A stretch of 64,000 nt of DNA from Nibricoccus sp. (GCA_047602425.1 JASGHG010000001.1:3424001-3488000), one strand, 5' to 3'; positions 18,297-28,732 are shown, counted from the stretch's first letter. Notes: generated by a model from the sequence alone, not told the origin. Program-made: numbers and translations.

Positions 18297-18457
18297 GTTA
18301 CACAGAGGGCACGAGAGGAGGCACGGAGGTCACTGAGGTTTTCGGAATAGAAGAGAGAGGGATGGGTCGAAATTTTACCCGCACTCTTTTCTACTCTTGC
18401 CTGTCTCCATGTATTTCTCCTTGGCCTTTGTGCCTCCTCTCGTGTTCTCTGTGTAAC
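18297..18457. repeat. Intergenic long inverted repeat with CAC(A/G)GAG units
   Basis: 36-bp arms at 18297-18332 and 18422-18457, 31/36 Watson-Crick complementary. Confidence 0.88.
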
Positions 18458-18474
18458 AAATTCTGGAAGCGATT

Positions 18475-19356
18475 TTATTTCTCCACGACTAGGGCGAGGA
18501 CGGGAATGGTCAGGGAGCGATAGATTTCGGCGGCGGTTTCGAAAGGGATTGTGCCATGATAGTCGGAGGGAGAAAGGTCGGGAAAATAAAGGCGGGCGGC
18601 GAGGTCGCCGGCTTGACTGGGTTTTATCGTGATCGTGTACGTCTGTGTTCGGAGCTTGGAGTCGGAAATTGAAGGCGCCGGTGATTCTTTTGTTGGCGTA
18701 ATCGTGATGAGCGAGTCGGTTTTGGGCGCGATGTGGGGATCGCACTGGCTGGTGAGCGTGGGCAACGCGGCTGCGCCGACGAGGCGAGGGTCGTAGGTGA
18801 GAGTGATTTTGCGGGATTGGGTTTCGCCGGCTTTGACGGCGCCGAAATCGAGACTGGACGGGCTCACGGTGAGGCCGTGTTCGAGTTCGCAGCTCAAGCG
18901 GAGAGTGAAGATAGGGGCGTTGAAGCCGTCGGCGTAAAGGTAGACCGATTGCGCGATGTGCCCGGGAACTTGGCGGGCGAGATGAACGGTCATTTTAATT
19001 TTCATTTCCTGACCGGGCTCGAGGAGGAAAACGGGCTGCTCGACGAGCGACGTTTTGCGGCCGGCGATTTCGAGCAGATCAACGTGCGTGCAGTGGCAGG
19101 TGGTCTGCAGCTGTGTGAGAGTTGCGGGGGCGTTGCCTTCGTGGCGGACGGTGAAAACGTGTTCGATCTGCGGTGTATCCAGAAAATTGATGCGTCCAAA
19201 TTCGTAGTCGGCGAGATTTTGCGCGACCATGCGGAGACCGGGCTTGGGTAGGGCAACGAGTTTAGGCGGCGGTTGCAGCGGTGGGGCGGCTGGGAGGAGA
19301 AAAGGCTGAAAGACTGAAAGGCTGAAGAGCTGAAGGAGAAGACGGACGGGGCGCAT
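18475..19356 (-). CDS. Secreted DUF1573-like Ig-fold protein
   Basis: YEFGRI...HVFTV...TTCHCT...LEPGQEMKI pattern and a second SPSSLDFG module. The ATG at 19356 precedes a hydrophobic signal. Confidence 0.7.
   Translation of the reverse strand: MRPVRLLLQLFSLSVFQPFLLPAAPPLQPPPKLVALPKPGLRMVAQNLADYEFGRINFLDTPQIEHVFTVRHEGNAPATLTQLQTTCHCTHVDLLEIAGRKTSLVEQPVFLLEPGQEMKIKMTVHLARQVPGHIAQSVYLYADGFNAPIFTLRLSCELEHGLTVSPSSLDFGAVKAGETQSRKITLTYDPRLVGAAALPTLTSQCDPHIAPKTDSLITITPTKESPAPSISDSKLRTQTYTITIKPSQAGDLAARLYFPDLSPSDYHGTIPFETAAEIYRSLTIPVLALVVEK
19301..19336. repeat. Four tandem 8-mers (AAAGGCTG-like) inside a signal-peptide coding region
   Basis: aaaggctg aaagactg aaaggctg aagagctg aagg. Confidence 0.8.
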
Positions 19357-19447
19357 GGCGATAGGCGGAGGCCGGAGCTCGGATCTGGGGCAAGAGAGGC
19401 CGCCCGCGCGCGAGGGCACGGGCGGCTTGGAGGTGATTAAGGGTTCG

Positions 19448-20851
19448 TTACGGAGCGGAGACGTTCCACTTCTGGTGAGAACCGCCATTATAGGTGTAGA
19501 GCCCGAGTTGGACACCGACGGTATTGCTCGCGCTGGGGATTTCGATGACGCCGGCTTCATTGCCACTGGGATTCATCGTGGCGAAGACGTAGGTGCCGTT
19601 GCTCGCGCGATAGATTTTCCAACGCTGGCAGGAGCCGGCCCAGTCGGAATAGAGGTCGATTTTGGTACCGTTGGCATTGGAGCAATTGACCGCTTCGACG
19701 GAGAGACCGCCGAGGGAGCAGGTGAGTTTATACGATCCCCAACCGACGTGCGTAAACGTCCACTTTTGGCAGGAGAGACCGGCGTAAGTGCCTTGGGCGA
19801 CCGCCTGGCCGGACGCGCCGGTGCAGCCCCAGGCATCCCACGCGAGGCCGTTGCTGGAAGCCGTGACCTTGTAGGTGCCATTGGCGATCCAATTGGGTTG
19901 GAAGTTGGGCCAGCCATCGCTGTTCCAACCGATTTTTGAAATGCCGAGGCGGGGCCAGCCGTTGCTGTAGCTATCAATGTAGTGATATGTAACGTATTCT
20001 GCGCCACCATCGCTGAGATAGCCGAAGTGTCCCGGTCCGATCGCGGGAGCCGAGCCGGCGAGATAGGTACGATTGCCGGTGAAAGGTCCGGTCGGCGAGG
20101 TGGAGCGAGCGACGCTGATGTAGTACGTGCTGCTCGTGCCGCTGCAACAGGTGCCACGATTGTAGAAGAGATAGTAGTAACCATTTTTGTAGATCATCGC
20201 GGCACCCTCGGCGTCGTTGAAATTGGCGATGTTGGTTTTGGTCGAGTTGAGGAATTTGCCGGTGGAAGGATTCAGCTGGGAGACCCAGATACCGGTGAGG
20301 TGCGAGCCCCAAACCATCCAGAAATTGCCGCTGGCATCCTTGCAGATGCCGGGATCGATCGAGCCGTAGGTTGTATTATTATCTGAATACACGACCATGC
20401 CCAGGTCGGTCCAACTGGTGAGATTAGTGCTGGAGGCGACGCCGATGGCGCAGGGTTTCGCGCCGAGCGAGCAGGAATAGTAGCAATAATATTTGCCGCC
20501 CATGTAGACGATGTCAGGAGCCCAGAAGTAGCCGGCGAAGCCCGGAACATACGTCTGAATCCAACTCGGACCGCTGCCACTGCCGAAGACAGTGCTGGCA
20601 TTGGTCCAATTGACTAGATCGGTCGAAGTGCGATGGATGATGCCCTGGCCGTCGGCAAAGACATGGTAGGTGCTGCCGACTTTGATGATGTTCGAGGGAT
20701 CGAACATGCCGTCGGCACCTTCCATCGCGCGGAGGCTGGGTTGAGCGACGCCGAGCGCGAGCGCGACGAGAGCGAGGCAGAGACTTCGCAGAAGATGCGA
20801 AGACGTGAGCTGGCCAGGCGGCAGGAACTGCCGTGGATTCTCTTGTTTCAT
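19448..20851 (-). CDS. GH43 (endo-arabinanase-like) with C-terminal ricin-B/CBM13 domain
   Basis: Signal peptide, FDPS, WAPD, SIDP, EGA and GPGH motifs, and QKW/QRW ricin repeats. The ATG at 20851 was chosen as start. Confidence 0.9.
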   Translation of the reverse strand: MKQENPRQFLPPGQLTSSHLLRSLCLALVALALGVAQPSLRAMEGADGMFDPSNIIKVGSTYHVFADGQGIIHRTSTDLVNWTNASTVFGSGSGPSWIQTYVPGFAGYFWAPDIVYMGGKYYCYYSCSLGAKPCAIGVASSTNLTSWTDLGMVVYSDNNTTYGSIDPGICKDASGNFWMVWGSHLTGIWVSQLNPSTGKFLNSTKTNIANFNDAEGAAMIYKNGYYYLFYNRGTCCSGTSSTYYISVARSTSPTGPFTGNRTYLAGSAPAIGPGHFGYLSDGGAEYVTYHYIDSYSNGWPRLGISKIGWNSDGWPNFQPNWIANGTYKVTASSNGLAWDAWGCTGASGQAVAQGTYAGLSCQKWTFTHVGWGSYKLTCSLGGLSVEAVNCSNANGTKIDLYSDWAGSCQRWKIYRASNGTYVFATMNPSGNEAGVIEIPSASNTVGVQLGLYTYNGGSHQKWNVSAP

Positions 20852-21078
20852 GGGGGTATGTTTTGTTTTTTGTGGGACCCGATTCTTGCGAACAGGGCAG
20901 AAAGCAAAGGCTTGGCTAGGCACGAGAAATCGCTCCCAGCGGGGTCATTGGAGGGGTAGGGGCCATCCCTATATGCGCCAGAGCGGGCGAAAACCCGTCA
21001 GCATCTCAAATAAATCCATTTGCTGGCACTGCGGCCACAGGCCGGAAAACGGAAATGCGACGAGGCCGACGCGGATCG

Positions 21079-23418
21079 CTATTTCTTCAACTCCTTCGCA
21101 GGAAGGGGGGAAACCGAGCCAGAGCTCTGGGTGAGGCACCGTTTGACGGTCAGTGCGAGGGTGGCCATTTCAAAAGGCTTGGGTAAAAAGCTGAAGTGCA
21201 GGCGGGACAGTGCCTCGGAATTCTGTAAATCCATGCTGTAGCCGCTCGTGATGAGCACTTTTAATGAGGATTTTTCCGCGAGAAGATTTTTGGCGAGATC
21301 GAGCCCGCTGGTATCGCCGGGCATGACCATGTCGGTGATGAGCAGGTCAATCCTGGCATTTTCGCTCCGCCACTTTTCCATCGCCTCGGCGGGATTGGAC
21401 GCATCGACGACTTGATAGCCCATGGAGCGGAGGCTGAGGGAGAGGGAGCGGCGGACAATTTGTTCGTCCTCCACCAGGAGAACGGTTTCGCGGCCGCTGA
21501 AAAGAGACGGGGTGGAATCTTTCCTGCTGGCAATCGTTTCGGCAGGTGTCGTCGTGGGCACGAAAATGGCAAAGGTGCTTCCCTGGCCAACGACACTTTC
21601 GACATCGATCCAGCCGCCATGCTGTTGGATAATTCCATACGCGGTGGAGAGCCCGAGCCCGCTGCCGCGTCCGATTTCCTTGGTGGTAAAAAATGGTTCG
21701 AAAATACGGGTGAGGATGTGCGGTGGCATGCCGCAGCCGGTGTCCTCGACTTTGAGACAGGCGTAGCGGCCGGGAGCCGCTTCCGGTCGGGCGGCGACGC
21801 CGCCAGGGGCGATTTCAATCTCCGAGGCGGTCAGGCTGAGCCGGCCGCCTTTCGGCATGGCGTCGCGGGCGTTGATGCAAAGGTTCACGACGACCTGTTC
21901 CATCATGCCGGCGTCGGCGTGGATCCAAAGTTGCGGTTGCTGGCTATTGAAGCTGAGTCGGACCTGTTCCCCAATGATACGCTCGATCATCGAGACCATC
22001 CGTGTGAGCACATCGACGAGATTGAACGTGGTGACCTGCAGGAATTGGCGGCGACCGAACATGAGAAGCTGCCGGGTAAGGTTGGCGGCGCGCTGCTCGT
22101 TGTTTTTTAGTTCTGTGAGCGTGTTGTGGACATCCTTTGGCAGGTTGGCGGCGTGCAGGAGCAGGTCGATGTAGAGGAGGTTGCCGGCGATGATGTTGTT
22201 GAAATCGTGGGCAACGCCGCCTGCGAGTTGGCCAATGGCCTCCATTTTTTGGGACTGGCGCAGCTGGTTTTCGAGTTGTCGGCGCTGGGTGATGTCGCGG
22301 GAAACGGCGAGGACGCACGGCTTTCCGTGGAGGGAGATGCGATGGATGCTGGTTTCGACGACGATGCGTTGCCCGCTTTTGGTGAGCTGTTCCATTTCCA
22401 CCATAAGCCGGGTTTTTTCCGGAATATGGGCGAGACTGGTGGCGACTTCAGGCAATTTGTCGGGAGGACAAAGATCGGCCAGCGTGAGTTGCATCAACTC
22501 GTTGCGAGTATAACCCAGGCGCGTGCAACCGACGTCATTGACCTCGATGAAACGGCCGGCGGAGCGATCGGCGTTGAGCGCGCAGACCATGATGGCGTCG
22601 TTGCTGAGATTAAAGAGCTGGCGGAAACGTTCTTCGCTATGCCGGCGCATTTCCAGCATGCGATTGAAGGACGCCGTCAGCGAACCGACCTCATCGGGAG
22701 CCTCGATGGGGAGGGGCGACGTTGTATCTGCCGAGTGTTTGTGGATCTCAGACAGCGCGTGGGTCAGGCGGTCGATCGGACGGAAGATGCGCCTGAGGAC
22801 GAGAATGCCGCCGACGGTGATGAGCGCGGCGCCCAGCAACAGGCCGGTAAGCGCGTAGCGTTGCAAGGCTTCAGCGCGGGCGGCGGCGTTTTTTTGCACA
22901 CGGCTATCGAGCTCGATTTCAAAAACGGTGAGTTCCTCCGCGAGAGCGCGCACGCTGGCGGTGAGAGCGCAGAATTCAGCGATCGCTTTGCGGTGATCGG
23001 CCGGAGTAAACGAACCTTTGGAGGAAAAATCCCGGTCATACGCAGCGAGGATTGCGTCGCCGGTTGGACGGATCTGGGACGCCTTGGCCGCGAGGCGGGC
23101 GAGAATCGTTTTGGCGTCTTCGTTGGCGACCGTGCGGTGGAGTACGTCGATTTGTTGCTGCAACGAAGCGCAACGGTCGGGGAATTTTTTGCGATCCTCG
23201 CTTCCGCCGAGCGTGAGGAAAAGCATCAAATGGCCTTCAGCGCGCTTCGAGAAGTTCACCGCTTCGGTGGAAGCGAGAATGATTTTCTGAAAATGCTGTT
23301 CGTTGTGGGTGAGCGAACGTGCGATCTGTCGCGAAACCTGCCACATGAACAAGCCCACGCCCAAGGCCAATATTGTCAGGCAAAGATAGGTTAGGGTGAT
23401 TTTACGGCGGATGTTCAC
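21079..23418 (-). CDS. Hybrid histidine kinase (4-helix sensor, HAMP, PAS, HisKA, HATPase, receiver)
   Basis: Two TMs, [13 protein letters not shown] (HAMP), AHDFNN, NARDAM, GSGLGL, LLVEDE and DMVMP. Confidence 0.93.
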   Translation of the reverse strand: MNIRRKITLTYLCLTILALGVGLFMWQVSRQIARSLTHNEQHFQKIILASTEAVNFSKRAEGHLMLFLTLGGSEDRKKFPDRCASLQQQIDVLHRTVANEDAKTILARLAAKASQIRPTGDAILAAYDRDFSSKGSFTPADHRKAIAEFCALTASVRALAEELTVFEIELDSRVQKNAAARAEALQRYALTGLLLGAALITVGGILVLRRIFRPIDRLTHALSEIHKHSADTTSPLPIEAPDEVGSLTASFNRMLEMRRHSEERFRQLFNLSNDAIMVCALNADRSAGRFIEVNDVGCTRLGYTRNELMQLTLADLCPPDKLPEVATSLAHIPEKTRLMVEMEQLTKSGQRIVVETSIHRISLHGKPCVLAVSRDITQRRQLENQLRQSQKMEAIGQLAGGVAHDFNNIIAGNLLYIDLLLHAANLPKDVHNTLTELKNNEQRAANLTRQLLMFGRRQFLQVTTFNLVDVLTRMVSMIERIIGEQVRLSFNSQQPQLWIHADAGMMEQVVVNLCINARDAMPKGGRLSLTASEIEIAPGGVAARPEAAPGRYACLKVEDTGCGMPPHILTRIFEPFFTTKEIGRGSGLGLSTAYGIIQQHGGWIDVESVVGQGSTFAIFVPTTTPAETIASRKDSTPSLFSGRETVLLVEDEQIVRRSLSLSLRSMGYQVVDASNPAEAMEKWRSENARIDLLITDMVMPGDTSGLDLAKNLLAEKSSLKVLITSGYSMDLQNSEALSRLHFSFLPKPFEMATLALTVKRCLTQSSGSVSPLPAKELKK

Positions 23419-23677
23419 TCCGGGATGGCTGGATGAAAAATTTTAATTTATCAGGAGAAGGGCTTTACCTCTTACATCGACCGCCCTTGCGACGGATTTA
23501 CCACTAGAGACAACTGGTTCGGAAAAGCGATCCCAAGCGCGAAAGGTTTTTACCTCAGGAACTAGGTTCAACTGCCCAGCTGGTTGTTTGTGAGCACACT
23601 GGTGGTTCATCAATTTCCTGTTAAACGGTTCCTCCGTTCACTTGACCTTTAGCGTACGGCCATGCAGTCACGCGGTC

Positions 23678-23920
23678 ATGCAAACTGAAATCGACGAACC
23701 CACTTTTCTGCGCGACCTAGTTAAAGCGTCCCGGCAAAAAATCCATCAAGTGAAATGGATCGACCGCGATGGCACCGAGCGCATTACACGGCTCAGCCTG
23801 CCAGAGCACACCCGCCTAAATGCGATTGCGCGGGAACGCGGTACCTCAATGAGCGAGGTGATGCGCCAGGCCGCACATATTCCGGTGGCTCAAAAAAACA
23901 CAGGTGGACCCCGCGCTTGA
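23678..23920 (+). CDS. Small protein with ribbon-helix-helix-like C-terminus
   Basis: ITRLSLPEHTRLNAIARERGTSMSEVMRQAA resembles the CopG/RHH pattern. Confidence 0.6.
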   Translation: MQTEIDEPTFLRDLVKASRQKIHQVKWIDRDGTERITRLSLPEHTRLNAIARERGTSMSEVMRQAAHIPVAQKNTGGPRA

Positions 23921-23993
23921 CCGGATAGATGCGGGCGAGGTGGAGCGCATTGGCCTCAATGCGCTGGTTTGGGTACGACGAAGTCTCGGAAAA

Positions 23994-24236
23994 TCAGACC
24001 TTGCCCTTGAGCAATTCCGCGAGCGCGGCTTCGTCGATCTCGCCTTTGACTTCGTGCAATTGATGCAGAATCGACATGCGGTCTTCGGGCCCGCTCGAAG
24101 AAATTTCGAGCATCCAATCTTCGGTTTTCGGGGCTGCGACAATCACTTCGTCGGCCCACGCAATGACCTCGGCCGCTTCGACAAAGCCGCCGGTGATGCC
24201 ACGGATAAAATATTCTGCCTTGGTGCGATGGTTCAT
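23994..24236 (-). CDS. Small acidic helical hypothetical protein (80 aa)
   Basis: MNHRTKAEYF...EVIAWADEVI...WMLEIS with protein-like composition. It is convergent on the RHH gene. Confidence 0.6.
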   Translation of the reverse strand: MNHRTKAEYFIRGITGGFVEAAEVIAWADEVIVAAPKTEDWMLEISSSGPEDRMSILHQLHEVKGEIDEAALAELLKGKV

Positions 24237-24322
24237 TGAACTACTCGGACCAGAAAGCGCTGCGAATGCCAAGCTGGGATAAAATAAAGTAAGGTTCCTG
24301 GTTCGAGGATGGGAGTTGGCGA

Positions 24323-25654
24323 TCAGGGTTTGGCCGCGCTTTCGAAAGCGCCGAGGTCGGGCGCCTTGCCGTTAAACGGCAGGCCGACGTCCACGCCTTG
24401 GTCAATGGCTGGGCTGCCAGTCGCGAGGTGCAAGAGCTTCATCACGGGCAAGTCGCCATTGGCTTGGCGTGGTTGGGTGAGTTCGGCTTCATCGAGCCCG
24501 GCGAAGTCGGCGGCTGCGAAGGTGACCGGAAGATCAAAGCTGTTGTGGCTGGCGTCGCACTGGGCTCTGTCGATGTTGCATAGTTCTATGCGACCGGCGA
24601 AACCGAGGTTGTTTTTCAAACGATGCCCGCGACCGTCGATTTCGGTTTTATTGTCCATCAGCCGGCCTTGCAGATTGAAGTTGCGGCTGTTTTTCCAGGC
24701 GGTGTTGTTGAGGAAGTCGACACCACCGGGATGGTGATTGGAGTAGAAGCCACTCGCCTTGTTGCGCACGGCAAGGCAACCGCGCACCACGTGCCGGGGA
24801 ATGCTGCGGGGCAGGCGCTCGGCGGGCGTACCGCCATAACCGCCGGCCTTGAACCCATTGCCATCGGCAAGACTTTTGAACTCCAGGCTGTAGCCATTGT
24901 AGAAAGCCCAGCAATTTTCGAAAACCACGGCTTCGGCGGTATTGATGCAATCGTAGCCATCGTCACTATTGAACCAAGCGCGACAACCACGGAAAATATT
25001 GTTTTTACTACCCGCTGGAACGTGACAGCCAAACCCGTCGCTGTTGCCACCTTTGCCGCCCTCGGAAGTGTAATCGTAGTTGCGATAGGCGTCGCAGTTC
25101 AGAACCAAATTGTCCGAACCTTTGCCGATCCAGAAGCCGATAGCCTGGCTGTCGTGCGCGCTTAGGCGTTCTAAAAGGTTGTGGTTGCCTTCATTTTGGA
25201 AACAGACGGACTGGGTATGACCCTTGATCGTGACTTGCACGCCTACGACTTCGAGACCCACGATCTGTAACCAAGAGCCCGTGGCATGAAACCCAATGAC
25301 GCGCATGTCCGCGGGTTTGACCTGGCTGAAATCAAAAACGGGCTGTTCTCCGGGGGATGCGGCGATGCGAATGGGGTTTTCCTTCGTGCCGCTTTTATCG
25401 AGCAGGATGACACTGGCCCAGATGCGATCGCGGCGGGCAATCTGCTGTTCGGCCATTTCATAATGGCCGCCGTGGACGAGGACGGTGTCGCCCGGTTTTA
25501 CCTCTTTGTTGGCGCGCTGGATCGAGGCAAAAGGTTTGTCGCTTGAACCTGGATCGGCATCGTTGCCCTGGGGTGCAACGTGGAACGTGGCCGCAATGGC
25601 GGCGGTTGTGCCTGTGATAAGGACGGCTATGCTTCGAGCGAAAGAAAGTCTCAT
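24323..25654 (-). CDS. Polysaccharide lyase family 9 (pectate/rhamnogalacturonan lyase-like beta-helix)
   Basis: Signal peptide with GNSDGFG, NSDDGYD and GNGFKAGG PL9 motifs. Confidence 0.88.
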   Translation of the reverse strand: MRLSFARSIAVLITGTTAAIAATFHVAPQGNDADPGSSDKPFASIQRANKEVKPGDTVLVHGGHYEMAEQQIARRDRIWASVILLDKSGTKENPIRIAASPGEQPVFDFSQVKPADMRVIGFHATGSWLQIVGLEVVGVQVTIKGHTQSVCFQNEGNHNLLERLSAHDSQAIGFWIGKGSDNLVLNCDAYRNYDYTSEGGKGGNSDGFGCHVPAGSKNNIFRGCRAWFNSDDGYDCINTAEAVVFENCWAFYNGYSLEFKSLADGNGFKAGGYGGTPAERLPRSIPRHVVRGCLAVRNKASGFYSNHHPGGVDFLNNTAWKNSRNFNLQGRLMDNKTEIDGRGHRLKNNLGFAGRIELCNIDRAQCDASHNSFDLPVTFAAADFAGLDEAELTQPRQANGDLPVMKLLHLATGSPAIDQGVDVGLPFNGKAPDLGAFESAAKP

Positions 25655-25706
25655 GAAAATGGTTAAATCGGCCAAAATAAGACGGAAGAAAGGCCGAATT
25701 TAACAC

Positions 25707-25833
25707 TAGAGCGGTTTGTTTTAAACTGTAGCCGTTGAATCAAACAATTCGATCTTGAATCATGTTCGGTGGGTAGGTGGGCCCCGCTGGCCCGCCGCGT
25801 TGGTTGCGGCGCGCCTTACCTTAAGACGGCTAC
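25707..25833. mobile_element. Second, degenerate copy of the TAGAGC-N16-TAGCCG element
   Basis: TAGAGC(25707)-N10-AAACTGTAGCCGT has the same layout as at 15631. An internal GTAGGTGGGCC..GGCCCGCC hairpin and an inner ACGGCTAC at 25826-25833 are present; the outer right end is not recognisable. Confidence 0.45.
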
Positions 25834-26393
25834 GAAATGACGTCCGCGGCGTGCTGGCGGGCATGAGCGGCCCCGAAAATCCGCGCAAAAACCAATGCGA
25901 AACCGGCGAGGGCGACCAAGAGCATGGTCGATGTTCCATCGGGGACCGATGTCGAACCCTTTCGTAGCGTCAAGCGAATCGTCCAGTTCCAATCGTCCAA
26001 CGCGACACCGGAATTCAGCGTGAAAACTCCATCGATCATATCGCCCCCAGCCGTGCCAAAGCTCACCCGGGGAAGTTCATCGTAGGCGACAAATGTCGGC
26101 ACGGCGAACAACGGATTTATGAAGGGCCCGACTGCCGGCATTTCACGGCGGACCAGAGAGTGAATTTCGGCCACATTGGGAAATCCGCTCACGTCCGCGA
26201 CCTGATAGTTAAAACTCCAGAATCCGCTGGGGCTAAAAGACACTGGCGAGATACCGATCGCGCCGACGCCGTCGATTTGGACATCAAAGCTCGTTTGGCT
26301 ATCGGCAAAGTAAGTGATCGTTTCGCCTGAAGCCGGTCGCGAGAGAACGACCGCCGCAATAAAAATGAATATGAATGAAGTGATACTTTTCAT
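25830..26393 (-). CDS. Secreted protein with VPDSG-CTERM-like (PEP-CTERM variant) sorting signal
   Basis: N-terminal signal peptide and C-terminal SVPDGTSTMLLVALAGFALVFAR. Confidence 0.8.
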   Translation of the reverse strand: MKSITSFIFIFIAAVVLSRPASGETITYFADSQTSFDVQIDGVGAIGISPVSFSPSGFWSFNYQVADVSGFPNVAEIHSLVRREMPAVGPFINPLFAVPTFVAYDELPRVSFGTAGGDMIDGVFTLNSGVALDDWNWTIRLTLRKGSTSVPDGTSTMLLVALAGFALVFARIFGAAHARQHAADVIS

Positions 26394-26789
26394 CTGCAGA
26401 GTATGTTGAGTTTTTTGATCTATTCCTCCGACCGATCGAACAGCGCCGATCTGGGTTTCAAATCAGCACGTGAAATAACGCCTGAAAAATTTTGGCGTCT
26501 GAAAATCTCCACCCGACGAAAAAGCATAAGGCATACCCCGTCGGCCTGCGGCTGGATCCGGCCACGTAAGACGTTTTTGTTGCGCGGATAGAAAAACCGC
26601 AAATTTGAGGGGCAGTTCGAACTCTGACGACTCTCCCATGGAACGCGTTAAGTATTCCGACAGATTTCATCGTTGGTCTCTTTCTCAAAGCTTGATGGGA
26701 GAACCGCCGGTTCTGGTGTTACCGTGTGGACGATGTCTTTTGACTTCTCCACACAGAAACGCCCCAAACCGGAACCGACTTTTCGGGCC

Positions 26790-28160
26790 ATGCTGGCGAA
26801 GTTGCTGCTGATGATGGTTTATATCGGCTCTGGTGTTTCGGTGCGGGCTGGTGAAAACGATATTCCCTCGCCCGGAAAGCTGATCGAAAAAGTAACCTGT
26901 GTCGCCGACGCCACGCAGAGTTTTGCGCTGTATTTGCCGTCCAACTACGATCCGGCGAAAAAATGGCCGGTGCTTTTTTGTTTCGATCCCGGTGCGCGCG
27001 GTCGCAGGCCGGTCGAATGTTTTCAGGCCGGAGCGGAGAAATTCGGCTACATCGTGGTCGGCTCAAATAATTCGCGCAACGGCCCGTGGCCGGACAACGC
27101 GAAGGCGATCGAGGCGATGCTCCGCGAGACGTTTTCCCGTTGGTCGGTGGACCGCAGCCGGCTTTACGCGGCGGGGCTTTCGGGTGGCGCGCGCGTCGCG
27201 CCCCAGCTTGGCCTCTCGTCATTGGTTCGTGGTGTCGTCGCCTGCAGCGGAGCTTTTCCTCAAAGTCAGACGCCCTCCAAGGTGCCTTGTTTGTTTTTCG
27301 GGACCGCGGGCATCGACGACTTCAACTACTCCGAGTTGCGGAATGTAGACGACGACCTGGACAAGCTCGGCGCGCCGCACCGGATCGTGACGTTTGCCGG
27401 CGGGCACGAATGGCCGCCCGCCGAGACGGCGGTGGAAGCCATCGAGTGGCTGGAAATCCAGTCGATGCGCGTGGGGTTGCGCGAAAAAAATTCTGCGGTC
27501 ATCGAGGCCAGTTGCGCGCGCCGGCTTGCGGGGCTTTCCGCGCTGCCGATTCCGGAGCGCTGGCTCGAAACCAAATCGCTCCTCGCGGATTTCAAGGGCC
27601 TCGTCGATACGACCGAACTGGTGGACGCGGAAGCCAAACTCGCGAAAACCCGGGAGCTGCGCGACTGGCGAAAGGCGGAACGCGCGGCGGACCGTCAGCA
27701 GACGGCCCTGATCGAACAGTGGCAGGAAAGCGTCACGGAGAGCGTCGTCGCCTCGTGGCAGAAACGAGCGGCTGCGCCGGAGGATTCCCCGGACCGCCGT
27801 CTCGCTCGGCGCGTGATCCAAGGGGCTTCGGTCAAGGCGATGGAATCTGCGCGCGAATTTATCCGCAACGAGCAGTACGCCGAGGCCGTTGCCCGACTCG
27901 AAATCGCCACGGTGCTCCAGCCCGACCGGGCCGGCACGTGGTTCGAACTCGCCCGCGCTCGAGCTCTAGACGGCAGCAAAAAGACCGCGCTCGCGGCGTT
28001 GGTACAGGCGGCCAAACGCGGCTACAAAGACGCTGCCCGCGTCGAGCATGAGAAAGCCTTTGCAGCCCTGAAAAACGACGCCGGATTTCAGGACGTGCTG
28101 CGCGCTATCGCCGAAAACCAAGCCGCAGAAAAACTATCTGCCCCAAACCCCAAAACCTGA
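26790..28160 (+). CDS. Secreted alpha/beta-hydrolase (esterase-like) with C-terminal TPR
   Basis: LYLPSNYD, GLSGG nucleophile elbow, GGHEW and TPR-like end (TWFELARARALDG). The start is uncertain (26733 or 26790). Confidence 0.8.
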   Translation: MLAKLLLMMVYIGSGVSVRAGENDIPSPGKLIEKVTCVADATQSFALYLPSNYDPAKKWPVLFCFDPGARGRRPVECFQAGAEKFGYIVVGSNNSRNGPWPDNAKAIEAMLRETFSRWSVDRSRLYAAGLSGGARVAPQLGLSSLVRGVVACSGAFPQSQTPSKVPCLFFGTAGIDDFNYSELRNVDDDLDKLGAPHRIVTFAGGHEWPPAETAVEAIEWLEIQSMRVGLREKNSAVIEASCARRLAGLSALPIPERWLETKSLLADFKGLVDTTELVDAEAKLAKTRELRDWRKAERAADRQQTALIEQWQESVTESVVASWQKRAAAPEDSPDRRLARRVIQGASVKAMESAREFIRNEQYAEAVARLEIATVLQPDRAGTWFELARARALDGSKKTALAALVQAAKRGYKDAARVEHEKAFAALKNDAGFQDVLRAIAENQAAEKLSAPNPKT

Positions 28161-28177
28161 CCCTGTTCGGCTCCTTT

Positions 28178-28732
28178 TTAGACATCATTATCAAGAAGCA
28201 TTTTCTTTAAAATCACTTCACCAAGCTTCCACTCATTTTCCCAGTTCTTTGTGGGCGCTTCAAAAATCACCAAAAACAGGGTTCCGGTTTTATCATTCGC
28301 AATCAACAAATGGCAGATCGTCACACTCGTAATTCCCTTGGACGCATCGACATATCGGAATCTCACAGCTTTGAATGGTCCGTGATCGAAAGCCATCTGT
28401 TCATCTAACTTATGTTTCGTTGCAGCTTCCTGCGCAAACGCGACCGCATACGCGGACGGAGGCATTCCGGCCTTCGCTGGAATGTCGCGAACACAATTGA
28501 GTGTGAGCCCAGTCTCAAAACGTCCCTTTTTCTGAATACTCTCTTTCGTAATGAAGAGAGCGGTAGTCGTGCCGCTTTGATCTTCTTTATAGAACCAATC
28601 GTTCGGCCGTAGTATTGCAGCCTTTATCGTCGGCACCTCCTGCCACAGGAAACCGTTCGGTGCCACCGGTAACTCTGTAGCAGCGCAGCACGTCGCGAAG
28701 ACGAAAACGATAACGTAAATGTATTTTTTCAT
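28178..28732 (-). CDS. Secreted hypothetical protein, AT-richer than flanks
   Basis: MKKYIYVIVFVFATCCAA signal peptide; 184 aa. Confidence 0.75.
   Translation of the reverse strand: MKKYIYVIVFVFATCCAATELPVAPNGFLWQEVPTIKAAILRPNDWFYKEDQSGTTTALFITKESIQKKGRFETGLTLNCVRDIPAKAGMPPSAYAVAFAQEAATKHKLDEQMAFDHGPFKAVRFRYVDASKGITSVTICHLLIANDKTGTLFLVIFEAPTKNWENEWKLGEVILKKMLLDNDV

Noticed and set aside
23678..24236. Toxin-antitoxin pair
   Set aside because: The genes are convergent and neither shows a toxin motif.
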